From: Dicyema japonicum
Taxonomy: Eukaryota; Animalia; Dicyemida
DNA length: 64,000 nt
Reading direction: 5' to 3'
Assembly (NCBI GenBank): GCA_011109175.1
Contig: RDEW01000004.1
Coordinates: forward strand, 768,030-832,029
Both the position numbers and the translations under genes were made by a program. This document shows positions 24,400 to 36,976 of this stretch, one piece after another. Numbering within the stretch: position 1 is the stretch's first letter; each line of letters opens with the position of its first letter. The notes under the pieces are model-generated. The model did no database searches, was not told the origin of the DNA, and saw nothing but the letters and a program-made list of their open reading frames with translations.

Positions 24400-24630
24400 A
24401 TAGCGAGAAGAAATACGATTGAAAATGCAGCTTGTAGAACGACCGAGGATTACTTTCCTCGACGGCGACTTCCAAAAAATTGTGATATGCTCAACAGATG
24501 GAAAGGATATGTAAGTACTACGAGAGCTTGCATTTGACATGGAAGTGGAATAAGATGACTTTGTTACTTATTTTCGACTTGCACACGCATGTTCATTACC
24601 ATGACAAGATGAGAGTGCTTAATAATAAAA
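24400..24630 (+). mobile_element. RTE-like LINE 3' fragment
   Basis: RRPRITFLDGDFQK...LRELAFD, ending in gtgcttaataataaaa. Confidence 0.55.
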
Positions 24631-24934
24631 ATGATCTTAGCAATTGATTAATTAGTCGGATACCCTTGTTCATTCCTCCTCGAAAATTGAACATTCCAAC
24701 TAACTCTAACGGAAAACCTTGCGGCTTCTTCCTTCAAACAAGAGAGCATCATTGCTATTCTCTTTTTAGTGAAGTAAAAAATGACAAAGATTGTCTACGT
24801 TACTGCAAAAACCAGCGAACCTATTTAAGGAAATAATTATTATGTGAAGGAATCCCGGATTATTTTCTTAACAATGTGACTTCTCAAATTTCCAAGTCCT
24901 CGATCAGTTTAGAAGAAATTAAAATTTAATTTTT

Positions 24935-25420
24935 TAGGTCAATAAAGTCAAAATATTTATTGATTTTTTGTTTATTAATTTTTAGAGTTTTTGAATAAAA
25001 TACTATCGTGTCATTAAATCTTATACCGCATTCAAATCACGAAGGACGTTAAAAAGATTAAGACTGTTATTAGAAAATATCCTGGTGAATTTTCTCTAAA
25101 CTCACGAATTTTCTAACAACAGCTTTTTATTGAGTCTTTTGTCTAAGAAACATTTCAAAATAACAAGTTTAACATTTTTATTAGTATTTCACTGATGCTA
25201 CTTTAAAAATATTTGATTTTTTCATTCCATTCACTGACTCTACGATCAATGAGGTCACTAATGCTTAGTCGAATATGATTTTCCTTGCATAAGTTGAGCA
25301 GTAAATTGTACAAAACTTGTTTGAGGGTATAGGATATCGTTTTTCTTCTATGTAAAAGTGTAGAAAATGTATGCAAAGGTAACTTGACCGAAGCTATTTT
25401 AGAGTTTTTTAAATGTATTT
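24935..25420 (+). mobile_element. Second degraded copy of the hAT-like element (5' part)
   Basis: gtcaataaagtcaaaa...aaaagattaagactgttattagaaaatatcctggtgaattttct matches the reverse complement of about 17700-18330. Confidence 0.7.
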
Positions 25421-25879
25421 ATTATAGAGTTGGAAAAGTTATCGAACGCTTCAATCAGACAATCACAAGATCACTATCTAAGATGATGTCCGTGTTAACT
25501 GCGGGTCAACAAAACACGGTGCAAGATACGAAGGATGCCCTGTATTCATGGAGGCAAGACGAAAGCTAAATTCCCGAATTGACAACAGGGAACCAAAACA
25601 GACGGATATTATAACCAAGAAATTGGAACCGCCAGCTCAAAAAAGAGTAATTGGCCCAAGGACTAACAAGTACGAAGCTGCTCCTCTTCCAAGAGAGTCG
25701 GCCTGGCTACCGAGAGAAAAGTTATCAGGGAGAATTGCAAAAGAGCTAGAGGAAATAATATCAAGACTGAAAGAGCTAAGCGGCATACTCAGGGTGGATT
25801 TACGAAGTATGGTGGACCTGGCCATGGAGAGCACAGGCCACCAACAAGAAAATTGAAAAGAAATCTGAAAATAGTGCTG

Positions 25880-26343
25880 GTGAACGCCCGATCCCTAAAG
25901 AAAAGGCGTCATGACCTGGCACTACTGCTATCGTCCACCAAGATTGACACCTGATGGTCAACGAGACCAAGGTGAAAAAGACCAACACCACAATGCTACA
26001 GGGATACAATTCTATAGAAATTCCATGGGTCGAAGGTGCAGAAGCTGGTACTGTAGTGAAGTTCTACAGATACGTGAGCCAAAAGTTATTATGAATACAC
26101 ATTGTGAATTTGTTTCCGTCGAGGTGAGATGCTGTGGCCGTTGGATTACACGTTGGTGGAATGTATTCAAAGGACCTCAAAAAGTGCTCCACAGAAATTG
26201 AAGAATTTTTCACAAGAAACGATATGTCTATCCTAGTGGGTGATCTAAATGCAAAGAACATTAAATATGGGTGCCTCGGAACTAACGAGAATGGAATCAG
26301 ACTAAGAAAATTGAGTTTAAGATTTATTTTGCTAAACAATTAA
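25880..26343 (+). mobile_element. LINE APE endonuclease fragment
   Basis: SILVGDLNAKNIKYGCLGTNENGIRL contains the APE GDLNA motif. A short integrase-like peptide (IERFNQTITRSLSKM) lies upstream at about 25440. Confidence 0.6.
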
Positions 26344-26864
26344 TTTAATTTGGAGATTCCAATCGAGTTTAAGCAAGTGCAAGGACTTAATAAGGCTGAT
26401 CGGATTGTAACTAGTTGGATCCTTATTAATGAGCAGATGTTAAGATTTAGTCGGAGAATATTTTAGTCATACTACGAGGCTTGGACACTTTTCCAATTTC
26501 CCTCTTCTCCTTAGTTAGGTTTCACCGATATGTACGAGTTCGGAACTTTGGTTCTTATCCTAAAACTACTTATCCCTGACCACACACTTTATTGACCTAG
26601 AAGTTTATCACATTCGTCTCGTAGTCTATGCAATAATGCAAATTTAATGGCCGCTTTCTTTGTTTTTCTAGTAGAATTAGAATTCTTTTCTTCTGCGCAG
26701 AGAAAGACGAACCCTCATATCCATAAAGCATATTTAATAGAATTATCCCACGAAAGATCAATAGGAACGTTAAATTATTGACCCATAGCTTTCGAATAAA
26801 TAGAATGGCTTCCATTTTGTTCCCTACCATGTCAAAGTGTTTTTTAGATAAAATCAAAAATTTA

Positions 26865-27110
26865 TTTTATCACCGAACAGTGAGGACCGTCGTTAAGGTC
26901 TCTTATTTTTGTCCCTTACCACTTTATGAATGTTTTAGGCGAAATTAAAAATTTCGTTTTTTGCTGAAAAGAGGGACCGTTGTGGGGACTTTTTAAAGAT
27001 TTCCAAATTTTTACCTTGCAACCTATGTTTTTAGAAATAATTAAAAATGTTGTTTTTTTTCCGAAAAGTGAGGACTGATGTTGTGATGACCGTCGTTAAG
27101 GTCCATATCT
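26865..27110. repeat. Short imperfect direct repeats (likely subterminal repeats of a DNA transposon)
   Basis: ccgaacagtgaggaccgtcgttaaggtc, ctgaaaagagggaccgttgtggggac and ccgaaaagtgaggactga...gaccgtcgttaaggtc recur about 90-100 bp apart. Confidence 0.5.
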
Positions 27111-27239
27111 CTGCAATGTCAAACACGTTTTTGGACAGAAATAAAAATTTCGTTATACGGCGATTTGATGCAATAAGACAATATTTAACTTCTTTCTCGG
27201 CGAATCAGGGATTATTGAATTAAAAACACAGCCCTTGCG

Positions 27240-27456
27240 GCAAGGAGGTTTAAGTAATATTTCCATTACTTAAACCTCCTTAGGCAGAACTCACACTATT
27301 TTAAGACGTAGGAACAGCCATGTTAATTAATTCAAGACACACGAGTTCCGCAGTGTTGAAACACTGATGACGGCGTCACTCCTCAACCCAAAAGAATCCT
27401 AGATGCATGGAACCTTCCACCGAATAGACAAGCGAGATTCGAACCGGGGACCTCAT
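27240..27456 (-). mobile_element. tRNA-derived SINE family A (alternative tail) ending in a perfect hairpin
   Basis: B-box ggttcgaatc and the family core. 17-bp perfect inverted repeat at 27242-27258 / 27265-27281. Confidence 0.8.
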
Positions 27457-27823
27457 GTTAAATAAATTAAAAATTAAGCCTGAAAAACAGATTAAGTATT
27501 TAAAGACTGATTAAGCAGTTCCCACACTCAGTCAAGGAAAAAAAGTACCTACAAGCTATTGAACTTATTGAAGTGGGGGAAGTTATGTTTTTTGATGCTG
27601 TCATGTCAAATAACGTTATTCTAACATTTAGTTCCGAGAATATACGTCACAACCTCAATCAAATTATCTGAGCATCTTTGAATATCTAACAAAGTTTAGA
27701 AGACATTTAATCAAAAAAGTTAAAAACTAAATTTGTGATTGGTGCATCGGCCAGTAATACTCAATTAGTGAAATTTTTCGGAATTCTGATTTTCTTGAGC
27801 TTTAAAACTCTCGAGTTCTGCTT

Positions 27824-27975
27824 TCATTTCATCCTTTTTAGTTTTATCAATATATTTGATACTGATTTCTGTGAGCACCCAACTTTTTTGGCTATTTCAA
27901 GCTGAGTTAATCCCTTATGGAAGTATCTTATGATTAAATTTCGCGTTTCTTCAGAAATGCTTTTCTTACGCATTA
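27824..27975 (-). mobile_element. Tc1/mariner transposase N-terminal HTH remnant
   Basis: MRKKSISEETRNLIIRYFHKGLTQLEIAKKVGCSQKSVSNILIKLKR is a typical Tc1 paired-like HTH. The catalytic domain is absent. Confidence 0.7.
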
Positions 27976-28984
27976 ACGATTTTTTGTAAAATCTGATATT
28001 TATAATAATCCATATTCGCACTGATATTTTATTTTCTTATAAAATTAAAGAGATTATACTTTATGACATCATATTTATTTAAATTATTTTACTCCCACGT
28101 GGTCTATTTTTGAACAACAACGAAAATTCATAGTGACTTTGCAAACTGCCTCTATACAAAATCCTTCTCAGGACTTTAAAAAGCTAAATCTTTTATTCAC
28201 AAAAAACTAGAATAGACACTTAGTGCAGTACCTCACAATCTTAACCTTTTAAAAATATAATATTGAAGTAACGAAAATAAGCATAGAAGCTGTTAATGCT
28301 GTGAAATCTCTCAAATATGGCATTTTTAATTGCAGATTTTCTCTGCCGAATTGAGAAATGGCAGATTTTAAGCCAAAGAATAGATTAAGACAAATTATTA
28401 TCCTCCTTTTTATTATTGTCAGCAACATACATAGGATTGCGAAGGAAGACGAGAAAATACGTCTCTCACGAAGCTAAGCAGATATTTCAAGGGATAAAAC
28501 TATAATCTACCACTTGACTAATGACCTCTGTTTTGACATCCATGCTCTTCATCTGCAAAAGGCAAATTCCTTTCCCATGGAAAATGGATATTCTAAAGTA
28601 TTTAAGCCATAATTGAGCATTCCGTTCTATTATCATTAAATATATCCTTTTTACTTCCCTCGATATTTCAGGTTTGTCACGAGGCTTTTCATAAGAACTG
28701 CTATCTTGCCTTGATCTTATATCTTCGTTTATTTATATCTTCTTACCTCATTGATGTATTCAAAATATCAGATTGCATCCAATTTAGTGCATTGATGGTT
28801 GTGGGGATCTCTTAACGCCATCCAAGCTATTTGTAGAACCATAAAGGATTAATGGATATTCTTGGTGGTAAGTTTTGCCCGGATACACCGAGCAAGAAGT
28901 TAATAAAGTGTGTCTATGCGGGACTATAAATATTATGGCTCTCGTGAAAAGGCCGTTATTATTATTAGTGCGGGAAAATAGTCA

Positions 28985-29485
28985 ATGCGAAGGGATTGCA
29001 CCGCTGTCCTGCAGAAGAAGCGCCGGAAGAGGACCACGTCACGCTGCTATGAACGAACTGATCGTCAGAGCTCTGAAGGCTACAGACTTCCCATCTCAGC
29101 TTGAACCAATGGGTCTCGATCGAGGAGATGAAAAGGGACCTGACGGAATGACCCTTTTCCTCTTGAAGATCTTCGGTCTGGGACGCAACTTGTGTTGACA
29201 CATTTTCAAGCACGAACCTTTTCAAATCGGTTCAGACACCTGGAGTAGCTGCTTCGACCGCGGAAAACTTAAAAATCAAGAAATATTCTTCCCTCGGGGA
29301 CCGCTACCGATTTACTCCTGTTGCCGTTGGTCCAATGACGGCTGAGTTCTTGCGCGAACTCGAAGGAATGCTTGTCAGAAAGAAAAGGGATCGACGAGAA
29401 GCGTTATGGCTGAGACAAAAGATAGGAATGGCCATACTCCGAGGGAACTCGTTCGCTATCCATGCAGCCAGCTTCCTCAACTAAC
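28985..29485 (+). mobile_element. CRE-like RLE-domain 3' fragment, preceded by a SINE/RTE tail at 28895-28967
   Basis: [47 protein letters not shown]...[10 protein letters not shown]...REALWLRQKIGMAILRGN. Confidence 0.9.
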
Positions 29486-29799
29486 ATTTGTTTCTTTCGT
29501 TAATAAATTTTTTCAATAAAAAAATAAAAATTAATAATTAAAGTTTGGATTTTCCAGAACATTGGACTCGCGATTATGCGAGGTAACTCCCATTGCGTCC
29601 TCAATGCCTGCAGGACTTAATGGACCTATCATAACAACTTTATTTTATTTAACAATTTTTTTAAGTTCTGATATCTACAATTAAAAATTAAAGTTATTTG
29701 CGGGCCGATAATTTTTTTACAGGGGCGATACAAAAGGTTGAGAAACACTGCTGTAGTGCACCAAGGGTAAGTCCTCAACCCAACTTCCAAACGATTAAC

Positions 29800-30100
29800 A
29801 AACAAATCGAGTGGTCAAAGTTCATTAAATATTTTTAAAGTAACATTCTTTTATATTAAAACCCCCACATGTTAAATTACATAAAAAAGCATCTGCTAGT
29901 CTTTTTTTAATGAATTCGACTACAATAGCCAAGATTGTCTTTTTTGACAAATAACAGCACAAAAATTTAAGAAATGGTTATTATGGGAAGGAATCCAGAT
30001 AAGTTTAGAAGAGTTCCCCGATAACCAGCAAATCCAAATCGACTGGTCAAAGTTTTTAAGATATTTTTAAAGTAACATTATTTTAATTAAAACCCCCGAA
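29800..30100. repeat. About 70-bp imperfect direct repeat pair
   Basis: caaatcgagtggtcaaagtt...atatttttaaagtaacatt...attaaaaccccc occurs at about 29802-29866 and again at about 30035-30097. Confidence 0.7.
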
Positions 30101-30135
30101 CGTCAGAAATTAACTAAGAATTAGTGAGATTAAAA

Positions 30136-31910
30136 TTAGACATTGCAATCAACCAAATATGGATAATTACAAGTCTTCAAATTTTCATCAAAAAGTAAAG
30201 TTGCCGGACATTTAAAAACGTGGGCAATCTGACCAACAAATCCGCAGTTAATAAATGTTTTACATCCGTGGAGAGCAAAAACTCCGGCTTTGGTGCAACC
30301 CTTGCCTAAAAATTATTATAATAAAAACTTAAATCAATATTATTGACGTCAGTATTTTCAGTTGGTGGTTCTTGAGTAATCGGGGAGTTATTGAGTGTCA
30401 TCTGACTTTCACTAGTCGGGTATTTCTTTTGAGTAATATAATTAGTCGAAGATTGCCCACGTGGTGTCTCATCTTCAGTCGTCCTTTTCGCACTTGGATT
30501 GGAGTCTCGATTGATCGTTGTTGAAATACTGGAAATATATTTTGTCTCGAATCGTGATTCCCAGTCCTTGATTTAGAGAAATTAATCACAATTCCTGGAT
30601 AAATGTTGAGTTCCTTGTGGATCTCCCCAATCAAAGGACTCTTTCCGTTGTTGCATTCTTTTCCTAAAAGTCGTCCAAATCTAGATCCACACAAACATTC
30701 CAGCCAATCCTTTCTCTTTGACATAATTTGCCTAAGATATTTGAATTTGTAACTTTCTCGAATGCTTTCTATGGTCTCATATCCGAGCCAATAGTGATCT
30801 TTTTCTCCGTGAGCCACTTTTTGGGTGTCGTCCCAACATTTCTATATCCTTCATTACAGTACTAAATTTATCAAAACAGGGACTTCAAGATAAGCCAGGA
30901 TCCCGCTATTGTACAATATACTTCCTTTTGGAGTTCCACCAATTTTTTCATCTCCAGGACGTGGTTTTTTTGTATTAGTCTTAAATCCCTGAGCATATGT
31001 AGGGACGCCAATCGAAATCTTTGATAGTGGAGCTCCGTGTTTGTTCCAATATTTCACGGCAAAATCCTAAACTGAATATTCTAAATACTGTGCAGAATTG
31101 GTCGTTAGTATTCGAGCAATACAACCCGCTGTGATGTCCAACCACGCTTGAAAATTGGCCATAGAAGTCATAAGTCATGACGTAGATGTAATCAAGATAT
31201 CTAGTTGAATCCGAGAACACCTTTACTTGGAAATCGATGGAATGTCATAGGAAACTGAAGCGTCCATTCTCCTGCGGAAACTGCGGCCGTCAGCAAATAT
31301 GACTCCGAAGTGTCCATTTTCAATTCCTCATGAAGTGCCTTAGATTACTTTTATTTTAGGACTTTAAGCAAAAGAGAGAATTTGTTCTTGTCACTAGGAT
31401 ACTCCCAATCAACGTCTAATCCATCAAAGTTGAATTTTTTAAGAAATTTTTTTGCATTTCGTGCAAATAAATTTTCTGTTTTTTGTACTCCCTGAGGCAT
31501 GGTTGAATTCCTTTATCTGTCTCGCCCATCCTCCAATAGACACAAGGACTTTTAAGTCAGGATTGATTTTCTTTAGCGATGTGACTTTTCCAATGTTATC
31601 AAGTCCATCTAAATTGAGTCATAGACTAACACCTGGCATGTCAGACCAGGGATCACTCGGTACTATAGTCAGAGTTTGGTAGTCGATATTCGCAAACGCG
31701 TACATTATATGTGTGCAAAGGTAAGGGTACATGTACTTGGCGTCGTACTTGGCATTCCCATTTCTGTAAACTGCCCAGTTTGTGTAATAGCAAGTTAAGA
31801 TTTTATCTAAATTTCTATCAAAGGAATTCACCATTTTGGGCTGAGTCGATGAGCGAAATCTAAAAATAGTGTTAATTTTGAATTACAGATAAAATGAAAA
31901 GAAGCGACAT
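30136..31910 (-). CDS. Secreted GH18 chitinase with C-terminal CBM14 chitin-binding domain
   Basis: Signal-like start MSLLFILS|ISL, then CYYTNWAVYR, LCTHIMYAFA, KVLVSIGGW, intact catalytic FDGLDVDWEYP, YLDYIYVMTYDFYG, KISIGVPTY, an S/T/P-rich linker and a 6-Cys CBM14 (CTKAG..GCKTFINCG...FKCPATLLFD...TCNYP..VDC). Some apparent indels. Confidence 0.95.
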
Positions 31911-32818
31911 TTTGCTAATTGTGAGTAAAATCTATTTAAGTGTAATTTTGAAACATCAAGTGTTAATTAAGAATATACATATGTTGTTAAAGCAGAAACA
32001 CTTAATTAGCAGAAAAATTGTCAATTAACAAATTTACTGACTTGTTTTATATTTCTGAATAAATTAGCATTATTTAGCAAAAGCTTAGTCATTTTGTCTT
32101 CCTAATCCTTCAGAGTAGTCTTTGGAGGGTACCGACATAAGTACTATATTGAATGAATTTGGTCATGTCGACGGTGATTACTGGATTTACTTAATTGCCT
32201 TACTACTTTATTTGGTCTCGGAGTAATTTTCTGTGCCTCGGAGAACTCCACATCCTGAGATCCTCGATCTTTTCTTAAAAGATTTTATTTCCGACTAGTT
32301 CTCATCATCGTCTTCAATTGGATATGTTCGCAGTAAAATGGATGAGGTGGCGAACTCGAGGACATAGTAAACCCTAAGTTTTGATAACTGTCGTGTCCAT
32401 TAAAATCAAGGTTCGATTTTCATCCAATCAGAAATTGAAAAAAGTCGAGGGATCATTTGTCAGAAGCAACACGTGTGGGCTGATTAATATCATTCTATGT
32501 TGCTACTAAGCTTAAATAGACAACGTTTTTGGATTAAAAACAAGGATTCGAATGATCACTACAGATCTTGTTCTTCAACGTTAGAGAGAACATATTATGA
32601 GAGATAATTCTATCATTCAGACAATTTACATATGAGTTACTTTATCAGTTATTGTTTGCGTGATCCATCGTTTTAGATGTGGGGAATGGTCGACGCGAAA
32701 GGTCTTCAAGCTCTTTCCTGCCGGAGGAGTGCTGGAAGGAGTCTAAGACACACTAAATTGTTATTGTTGAAAAAATAAATATTATTTTTATTCAAAATAA
32801 AGAATCACTGTCATTATA

Positions 32819-33445
32819 TTAAACCAAGAGCCGTCGAGCACTCTGTATGCGTCGCTGGTGGATACACGTGGGATTGTATGCTTTAAATAAAATCTCTCGA
32901 ATCAGCCATAATCTCCAAACCCCTCCACAATGATTACCTGACTGATTTAACAAATTGTCTTTTAACTTGAAACCAACGTCGAGAATCCTAGGGAGTGTTA
33001 CTCGTGTACTTCCACAGAAACGTCGCCCAGTTTCAACGAAGTATTCCTCCGTCGCAATGTTAGCGGGGGCATCCATATCCAATCTCAACATATGTCTAAG
33101 AACCTCCATCTCAAATCAGCGATCTCGAGAATCAAAAAAACCCAAACTTTATATGAAGCTTTCTTGTCTATTTTCTTTGGCCAATTCAGTTCGAGCAATG
33201 TCCTGATCTACTTTCGATGAAACGAGTCCACCCCGAGACCTCAGCCTTTGAAATCGCCCACGTTGACGAATTGTACGATAAACCTGATCGTCTTTTTTCA
33301 ATCCAATTTTTTTTAATTTGTTTTATCGCAGCTGTAATGATGGTTTGTCTTAAAATAATATCCTCACATTCCCCTATAATAGAAAGAACGATAGTGAAGA
33401 ATCCCACCACAGAGAGTGAGGGATTCCAGGGTGTCTGCATCAAGT
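32819..33445 (-). mobile_element. RTE-like LINE fragment
   Basis: LRHMLRLDMDAPANIATEEYF...TRVTLPRILD and LSYNSSTWA. Flanked by short CRE-like pieces at about 32665-32755 and 33470-33630. Confidence 0.75.
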
Positions 33446-33740
33446 TACATTGTTTGATCGCGGTTCTATCCGAGGATTTTTTGTTTGTTCCACTCGCTGT
33501 TGAAACGTCTGGTTCCCCTCGCCTGTGACGCAGGGATTCTTGAATCGTCTAGGGAATCGGATTTCTTAACAAACAGGAGATCCCCGTGAGCGCTGCTGGC
33601 TATTTGAACGAATCTCGCTCGACATCCTAGTCAAGCAGTCAGGGAGACCGCTGTATTACCTATTGTTTATTTTAGTTTGATCAATTATGTCACAAATTAT
33701 TAAATTTATAATATTTAAAAATTAAATGTAAAAATATTAA

Positions 33741-34400
33741 ATGATAAAAGCAGTGTTGATTTTCAATCTAGCAGGAAAGCCAAGATTGGTTAAATTCTAC
33801 ATAAATTACGTATTAAAGCTGTAATTTTAATTAAAGACAGAAAAGGAGCAATCCGACATCATCCAGGAGATTTTTCTGTCTGTTTCATCGAGAACCAACA
33901 AAGATTCTTCATTTTTTGAAGGGACAAGGTAGACACGTAGCTTATTACAGAATTTTTGGGAAACAGGGGCAACATACTGGTCTACAGAACCTATGCGACA
34001 CTGCATTTTATATTCTGCGTTGATTCCGTGGAGAATTACCTAGGAATTCTGGATTTGATTCACGTTTGTGTTTAAATGTAGGATTAGGTGTTTGTGGAAG
34101 TTCTGGATTACATTTTTACGAATGTTTGCGAGCTTGATTTGATTTTTCACCCCGAAAAAGTAACCGTGGCTCTCATTTTAGGTTCACATGATCCTCAACG
34201 AGATCATCGAAGGGGGACTCGTCCTGGAGGTTTCTAAGAAGGAACTTATCTCGAGGATCATGCAGATTGAAAAGATTGAACGACTCCATGTCCCCATTTG
34301 TGGGTTAATGTAGAGTGGACCTGTGGTGGACGCCAAAAGTGTATCGAACTCCAAATGGAAGAATATTTCCAATTTTGTTGAGTATTTTTCTAAAAAGTAA
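33741..34400 (+). CDS. AP3S: AP-3 complex sigma subunit (AP3S1/2-like)
   Basis: MIKAVLIFN..GKPRLVKFY...|TEKEQ..IIQE.F..VS.R...FFEG...LVYR.YATLHFIFCVDS.E..LGILDLIH|VFVE.LD..F.NVCELDLIFH.EK|VH.IL.EII.GGLVLE. Five introns of 22-27 nt and one apparent 1-nt indel. Confidence 0.93.
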
Positions 34401-35062
34401 CTTTCTTGCATTTATGTCGATATTTGACTTTTATGTGAAAATAGTCGGGGGTTCGGTTTCCCTCTGTTCATTGGACTTTTGGAAAAGTCTCCCCTCCAAT
34501 GCCCCTGGAATCTGTAAGAATTTAACTTCAATAACAACGATACTGGTTGTTCCAAAAAGTGGTATTTGCCAAAAATGTCACTAGCATAGACCAATCAGCA
34601 CGTGGGTAATTGGCTGGAAAGTTGAGGTGGTGACATAGCTTTATTGTACTAAATATTACTTTTCTTCATAAAGGATGATACCTCGTCTTCTTTTTTTGTG
34701 ATTAAACAAGAAGTGATGGATTCGGGGACATCAGAAACTCTAAGTCATAAACAAAGAAAGTTTCGGATGCACTACGGATCCGAGTTGAGAGGAACTCAAA
34801 TATGATTCTATTTATGTTCGCAGAGAGATTGGAAGCGCAATCTCCTAAAGGCTGTGAGATCCTCAGGAGCGGCGTTGGTTCAGCAAAAGTCTTGGAATTG
34901 TAATCTTTCGCAAACATTCTTACTGTCTCTTACAGTTGCAGCCTGACTTTTTTCTGATAAATTTGTTCCACCAGGAAGACATTTGAAAGACCTATTGGAC
35001 CCTTTTAGATACCCCCTCCCATCAAATTTCAACAAACTCAGTATACTATTATTTATCAAAAA

Positions 35063-35401
35063 TCAATTAAGAAAATCAAAAACGCAGGAAGAGTCGATTT
35101 TTCCGTTGGAGAACGTGACCCCCTCAGATTTGAGGAGGTCAATCTTCTTTTCAATATAAATTCCACTTAAGTGCCCATTAAATCCCCCAAAAGATAAATC
35201 AGACTTTACAACACGGTGGCATGGCACGATTGGGGCACGTGGATTATTCTTCAAAGCCTGTCCCACAGCTCTGAATGCTTTAGGTCTTCCCAAAGCAACT
35301 GCCACGTCCTTGTAGGTCGACACCTTCCCTTTGGGGATTTGCTGTATCTTTTTATAGACCTGCTCTGCGAATGTATCATCATTAACAAGATCAACGACCA
35401 T
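35063..35401 (-). CDS. Short single-domain O6-alkylguanine-DNA alkyltransferase (MGMT/Ogt family), intronless
   Basis: FAEQVY..IQQIPKGKVSTYKDVA.ALG.PKA.RAVGQAL.NNP..P.VPCHRVV with the active-site PCHR. 112 aa from the ATG at 35401. Confidence 0.93.
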   Translation of the reverse strand: MVVDLVNDDTFAEQVYKKIQQIPKGKVSTYKDVAVALGRPKAFRAVGQALKNNPRAPIVPCHRVVKSDLSFGGFNGHLSGIYIEKKIDLLKSEGVTFSNGKIDSSCVFDFLN

Positions 35402-35499
35402 CAAACACGACAACCGGGAAAATAAATATTTTATAAAATATAAAATTTAAAATAAAAATTTAATTCCTTTCGTTGATTATATTGCCGGCTAGTTTTCTC

Positions 35500-35815
35500 T
35501 TCAAGGGTCGAGAGTGTAAACTGTCTCTGGCGGAAGATCATGCGGCAGATCCAATCAGACACCACATCCATTCCCATTCTATAATCAGGAGTGGCAATGT
35601 TGAGAAATCTACGTATCTGCAAGAGCAAGGAAACCCATTCAGAGAAGTGGCGGCTCATGCAAAGGAATTCAGATCGTCCATAAAGAAGTGCACTCCGATA
35701 GAATTCCTCTGAGACAAAAAAAAGCACTTCCAGAGGGCAGTTGGGTTGCTGACGAAACATTCAATGAGAATTCGCGAGATGTTGAAGACTGGGATAATTT
35801 AATTAGTGAGCTAAT
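35500..35815 (+). mobile_element. Ingi-related 'AGIT*' family 3' fragment
   Basis: Homologous to 9640-10030 on the minus strand. Confidence 0.6.
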
Positions 35816-36194
35816 CTTTTTTTCTTGGTGGTCTTGATTTTTAAAATAAATAATTAGCAAGGAGTCTCTCGAATTGAGCGATCGAAGGGTAGATATTAAG
35901 TCTTAGTACTACATCCGGGTTTTTTAAGGAATTTCTTTTCTTGTCGAGAGCACTATCTGTTACGACCCCTGGGGTTAAATATATACGTTATAAAGTTTAA
36001 AATGGTTCTACGATTTTAGGGGTGGTCTGATAGAAGTATGTTCAAGGGTATTATCCATCTACCGAGAGAAGATCAAATTTGGGAGACCTTTGTTAATTAT
36101 TATTCTCCAAGACAACTGGTTAGTAAACTGGCGAATTTTTGTTGTCGTTAAAGTTGGAATGCCTAAAGCCATAGACTTGGAATTAGACACATTC

Positions 36195-36471
36195 ATGAAT
36201 TATTAATCCCGAATATACCGAGAAAGAAGTTAACACTAATTAAGTGTATACAGTTACCACTGTCACAGAATCAGAGTCCTTCCAATGTCAAACGAGTACA
36301 TCCAGAACCAGCATAAAAAGTAGAAGACGTCCATTCCTTGCAAGTGTGAGAACCCCTCCTGTAGAGTGGAGAGCAAATGATCCTTGATCTCACTCTATCA
36401 AAAAAGGGAGGAGGAGGAACAGAAGAAACAAACAGAAGTCTTCAAGTAGCCACACGGGACCACACGACCAC
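36195..36471 (-). mobile_element. Non-autonomous Ingi-type element family B (pseudoknot deleted)
   Basis: Colinear with 6296-6617 except that the P1-P4 segment is missing (gatagagtg-agatc-aaggatcatttgc). Confidence 0.75.
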
Positions 36472-36582
36472 TAATAAAATTTAATAAATAAAATTCAACT
36501 CCCTTTACTATTTTTGTAGATAAATTAAATTAATCATTTTATGAAATTAATAATTTAAATTATTAAACCTGTGTTTTGTGTC

Positions 36583-36976
36583 ATGTCGAGCACTGTTGAG
36601 AGATTAAAGACGATCGAGTTAATTGAAGCTAATTTAAAAGAATCACTGAAATGCTCAGGTAATGAGAAATGATGATGCCATAGCTAATATTATCAATGAA
36701 ATGGCTGGACAGATTAACAGAGAACGGTGTAAGAAATTATCAACTGAATTTTATAATTTGATAAGTTCGTCTCAAATAAAAATGAATGAGCAAATAAATT
36801 ATATTAATAATCACTGTATTGGTTATTTTTGTTATTTTACTGCAGAATGTCCTGCCACTTCTAATTTCAACGATAGGACTATGAAGAGGAGGTTGACCAT
36901 TGATTGGCTAAGACAGTTTGATGAGCGACTTAAAGATATTGAAAACAAATTAAATAGTCATAATTTTTCTAATTAA
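36583..36976 (+). CDS. MED11: Mediator subunit 11
   Basis: MSSTVERLKTIELIEANLKESLKCS|ANIINEM...F...I......MNEQINYINNHCI|ECPATSNFNDR...RLKDI matches the size and pattern of Med11 (ERL..LE.IE..I...L..AG..I.EL...L..QI.YL). Introns 36659-36683 and 36822-36845. Confidence 0.75.

Noticed and set aside
26865-27110. CRISPR-like spaced repeats
   Set aside because: The context is eukaryotic, the repeats are imperfect and irregularly spaced, and there are no cas genes.
28300-28870. Possible minus-strand multi-exon gene
   Set aside because: Candidate GT-AG micro-introns are present, but no homology was recognised and stops occur in the candidate frames.
34412-35000. Possible gene between AP3S and MGMT
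   Set aside because: Short ORFs without recognisable motifs; cannot be supported.
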